Shown piece after piece: positions 30,051 through 32,000 of a stretch of 32,000 bases of DNA. The DNA comes from Nitrosospira multiformis ATCC 25196 (GTDB lineage Bacteria > Pseudomonadota > Gammaproteobacteria > Burkholderiales > Nitrosomonadaceae). The translations under genes were made by a program, and so were the position numbers. Numbering within the stretch: position 1 is the first letter of the stretch; every line of letters starts with the position of its first letter. The stretch lies in assembly GCF_000196355.1 (NCBI RefSeq), contig NC_007614.1, positions 2,850,001 through 2,882,000 of the forward strand. The letters are read 5' to 3'. The notes under the pieces were generated by a model, which had not been told where the DNA came from, made no database searches, and worked only from the letters and a program-made list of their open reading frames with translations.

Positions 30051-31121
30051 CTACCTTCCTGATCGCATCAGCCGTTTCAGGGACGCCTTGACACCTAGCT
30101 GTTCCAATTTGTCACCCGTGAATTTACTGAAATGATCAACTGCCCTTTGCGACTGGAGCAGACATATATTGCGCATATTAGCTAGAACAAAAAAAACGTT
30201 GGCGCACTGAACACTGTCAGTGGCAAACAGTTTTTTATGCTCTGATTGGCCCTCGGTGAAATCAAACAAGCGGAAAATTTTTTCGTCGAACAGGTACTCC
30301 AAAGCCAGCCATTGCAGAATCGTGCCTACTGAAAAATTCATATAGTCCGGATGGTATCCGAGATATGCGTAGAGGACGATTCCATTTGATATCGGACAGT
30401 AAAGATATGAGACGGGCCTATCTCGATGGAAAAGAAGGAACGCGCGAACGCGACCCTGTTGAGCCAGCCGCTCCATCTGCTCGCAGAATTCTGCGGAATC
30501 AGGCAGCCCCGCGTCGAGCAATCTTTCCTGGTAAGTTGTACTGGACACAGTGCGGGCCAGCCGAAAGAATTCGGCCATTTCGCCAGGAGACTTGTAGACT
30601 CTCCAAGAGATACTGCCACCGCAATGCTCTGTGTACTTCCGTATTTTGCGACTGATAGTCGAGCGTGTCTTGGAGGAAAACTTGCTCTTGTATTCCGCAA
30701 ACGACTGCTGCATATCAATGTAATAGCGGGGATACTGCGCGGGCACATAACACAGATAAGCGCCCTGCCTCCGTAGCACGGGCTGTGGTCCGGCGATGCG
30801 CAGCGATCTGAGCAGGAAGCCCTGGCTTCCTTCATGGAGGGGATCAGCGGGCGCCATTGGCTCGGCCACGGGGGGTGTTTCATCGTCAAGTCCCGCTTCC
30901 CGCACCTGTAACCACAACCTGGGGGCTAGCAAGGTCTTGTCACCCAGTTGTATCTTTATCGGCACCTGTTGACAATGCCATGCCTGATTCAACGAAGCCT
31001 CCTGAGCAAACCCTGCTCGAGGATCCTGAATCCCGTTTTCCAGACCGGTGAGGTGAGTGGAGCGGGTTGCAGGGGAACAGACACAGGCATCAGGCCATGA
31101 AAACCCCGTACGCGAAAACAA
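30051..31121 (-). CDS. GNAT/FemAB-like (CelD/BcsL-type) acyltransferase
   Basis: 356 aa; C-terminal GRVRAFLLFHRDRPVSYLYCPISNGIVLYAYLGYHPDYMNFSVGTILQWLALEYLFDEKIFRLFDFTEGQSEHKKLFAT. The start is uncertain: the first ~44 codons overlap the upstream gene; a GTG at 30965 is an alternative. Confidence 0.8.
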   Translation of the reverse strand: MFSRTGFSWPDACVCSPATRSTHLTGLENGIQDPRAGFAQEASLNQAWHCQQVPIKIQLGDKTLLAPRLWLQVREAGLDDETPPVAEPMAPADPLHEGSQGFLLRSLRIAGPQPVLRRQGAYLCYVPAQYPRYYIDMQQSFAEYKSKFSSKTRSTISRKIRKYTEHCGGSISWRVYKSPGEMAEFFRLARTVSSTTYQERLLDAGLPDSAEFCEQMERLAQQGRVRAFLLFHRDRPVSYLYCPISNGIVLYAYLGYHPDYMNFSVGTILQWLALEYLFDEKIFRLFDFTEGQSEHKKLFATDSVQCANVFFVLANMRNICLLQSQRAVDHFSKFTGDKLEQLGVKASLKRLMRSGR

Positions 31122-31951
31122 TCCCGATGCCGATCAAGGAAAGAACAGAGTTTATGAAAACGCTCTATTACAATTTCGTCCGGACGATCCATCGACGGGT
31201 TGAGCAATTCGAAATTGTGCGACAGGATAACAAAAGCTTTACGTCCGGACTCCAGCGACTGCCAGAGAAGACCCTCCATCTCCTGATAAGAACATGCAGT
31301 CAACTGGGCATGCCGCAATCCGCCCACGCCCCCGTCGAAGACCGTCATCGGATATTCGTACACACCTTCGCATTCGACGGGCTCCACCAAGGGCATTTCA
31401 GGACTGACACCGCTATCCTGTCCGAGCATGCTCGCGTTGTAACTGCTATCGAAAGCGATCTGGTTTACATTCAGGGCGCGCAACGTATCCCGGTTGAAGC
31501 CAAAACCTCCCGCACGAAATGCATTTACGCGCGGCGCTCCCGCTGATTCGATCAACAGCACTCCTGTCTGTATCAGGATTGTTTGTTCTTCCAGTGAAAA
31601 ATAGCGCAGATACTGTCTTTTGCGGCTCACATTGTCGAGCAATGGCTGGTTTGATTCGTCTACCCATTCGGTATGGAGATGAAGCTGTATTTCATGACCT
31701 TCTTCCCGAATGAGGCCGAGAATTTCCACCAGCGGATCAGGGCCAAACCGCGTCGAGAACAGGGGTTCAACAAAAAATACTCCGGTCAATCCATAGTCCC
31801 GCAACTGGCGCAACTGGTACGGCAGGCCATAATCTCCTTTACGGGTAGGACCATAGATATATCTCCGGAACGCTGCCGGGAATTTGGCGTCGAGGTCCTC
31901 CCAGCCATTGCACCATACCTCGACATCAACAGTAAGGAATACATCCAGCAT
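30989..31951 (-). CDS. Polysaccharide deacetylase-like protein
   Basis: 320 aa; MLDVFLTVDVEVWCNGW, GLTGVFFVEPLF, GHEIQLHLHTEW, FRAGGFGFNRDTLRAL, consistent with NodB-homology deacetylase motifs (TVDVE, HxHxxW, RAGG). Confidence 0.82.
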   Translation of the reverse strand: MLDVFLTVDVEVWCNGWEDLDAKFPAAFRRYIYGPTRKGDYGLPYQLRQLRDYGLTGVFFVEPLFSTRFGPDPLVEILGLIREEGHEIQLHLHTEWVDESNQPLLDNVSRKRQYLRYFSLEEQTILIQTGVLLIESAGAPRVNAFRAGGFGFNRDTLRALNVNQIAFDSSYNASMLGQDSGVSPEMPLVEPVECEGVYEYPMTVFDGGVGGLRHAQLTACSYQEMEGLLWQSLESGRKAFVILSHNFELLNPSMDRPDEIVIERFHKLCSFLDRHRDCFRVRGFHGLMPVSVPLQPAPLTSPVWKTGFRILEQGLLRRLR

Positions 31952-32000
31952 CGGACCACTCGCGGAATTTAACGGCTATCGACTACCGGATCAGGATGAG

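Noticed and set aside
1-32000. CRISPR arrays, tRNA/rRNA genes, transposase/integrase genes or IS-like terminal repeats
   Set aside because: I found no regularly spaced repeats, cloverleaf-like genes, mobile-element proteins or flanking inverted repeats by reading; automated scans (tRNAscan-SE, Infernal, CRISPR finders) would be needed to exclude them formally.

Overview
This window looks like a betaproteobacterial chromosome segment. Gene content and order suggest a Nitrosospira-like ammonia oxidiser, but that is inference. On the left (1-10573, minus strand) is a canonical division and cell-wall (dcw) cluster: mraZ-rsmH-ftsL-ftsI-murE-murF-mraY-murD-ftsW-murG(partial). It has a recognisable promoter and a triple MraZ box upstream. 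The centre holds an uncharacterised 20-cysteine small protein gene, a RelA/SpoT-family (p)ppGpp synthetase, ComEC/Rec2, a DUF2062 protein, LolD and a LolC/E-type permease. Next comes a likely zinc-uptake locus: a ZnuD-like TonB receptor, a small membrane protein and a Fur/Zur-family regulator with a perfect palindrome just upstream. The right end (22.4-32 kb) is accessory polysaccharide/surface-glycan territory. It has a parallel beta-helix lipoprotein, a 1119-aa fusion of three VanZ-like units and an O-antigen-ligase-like domain with an inserted beta-sandwich/CBM-like segment, a FkbH-type HAD protein with an N-terminal CX2CX4CX3C motif, a TylF-type O-methyltransferase, a GNAT/FemAB-like protein and a polysaccharide deacetylase. 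The best candidates for new biology are the Cys-rich protein, the VanZ/ligase fusion, and the Fe-S-like motif on the FkbH protein. I saw no CRISPR arrays, tRNAs, rRNAs or transposons.
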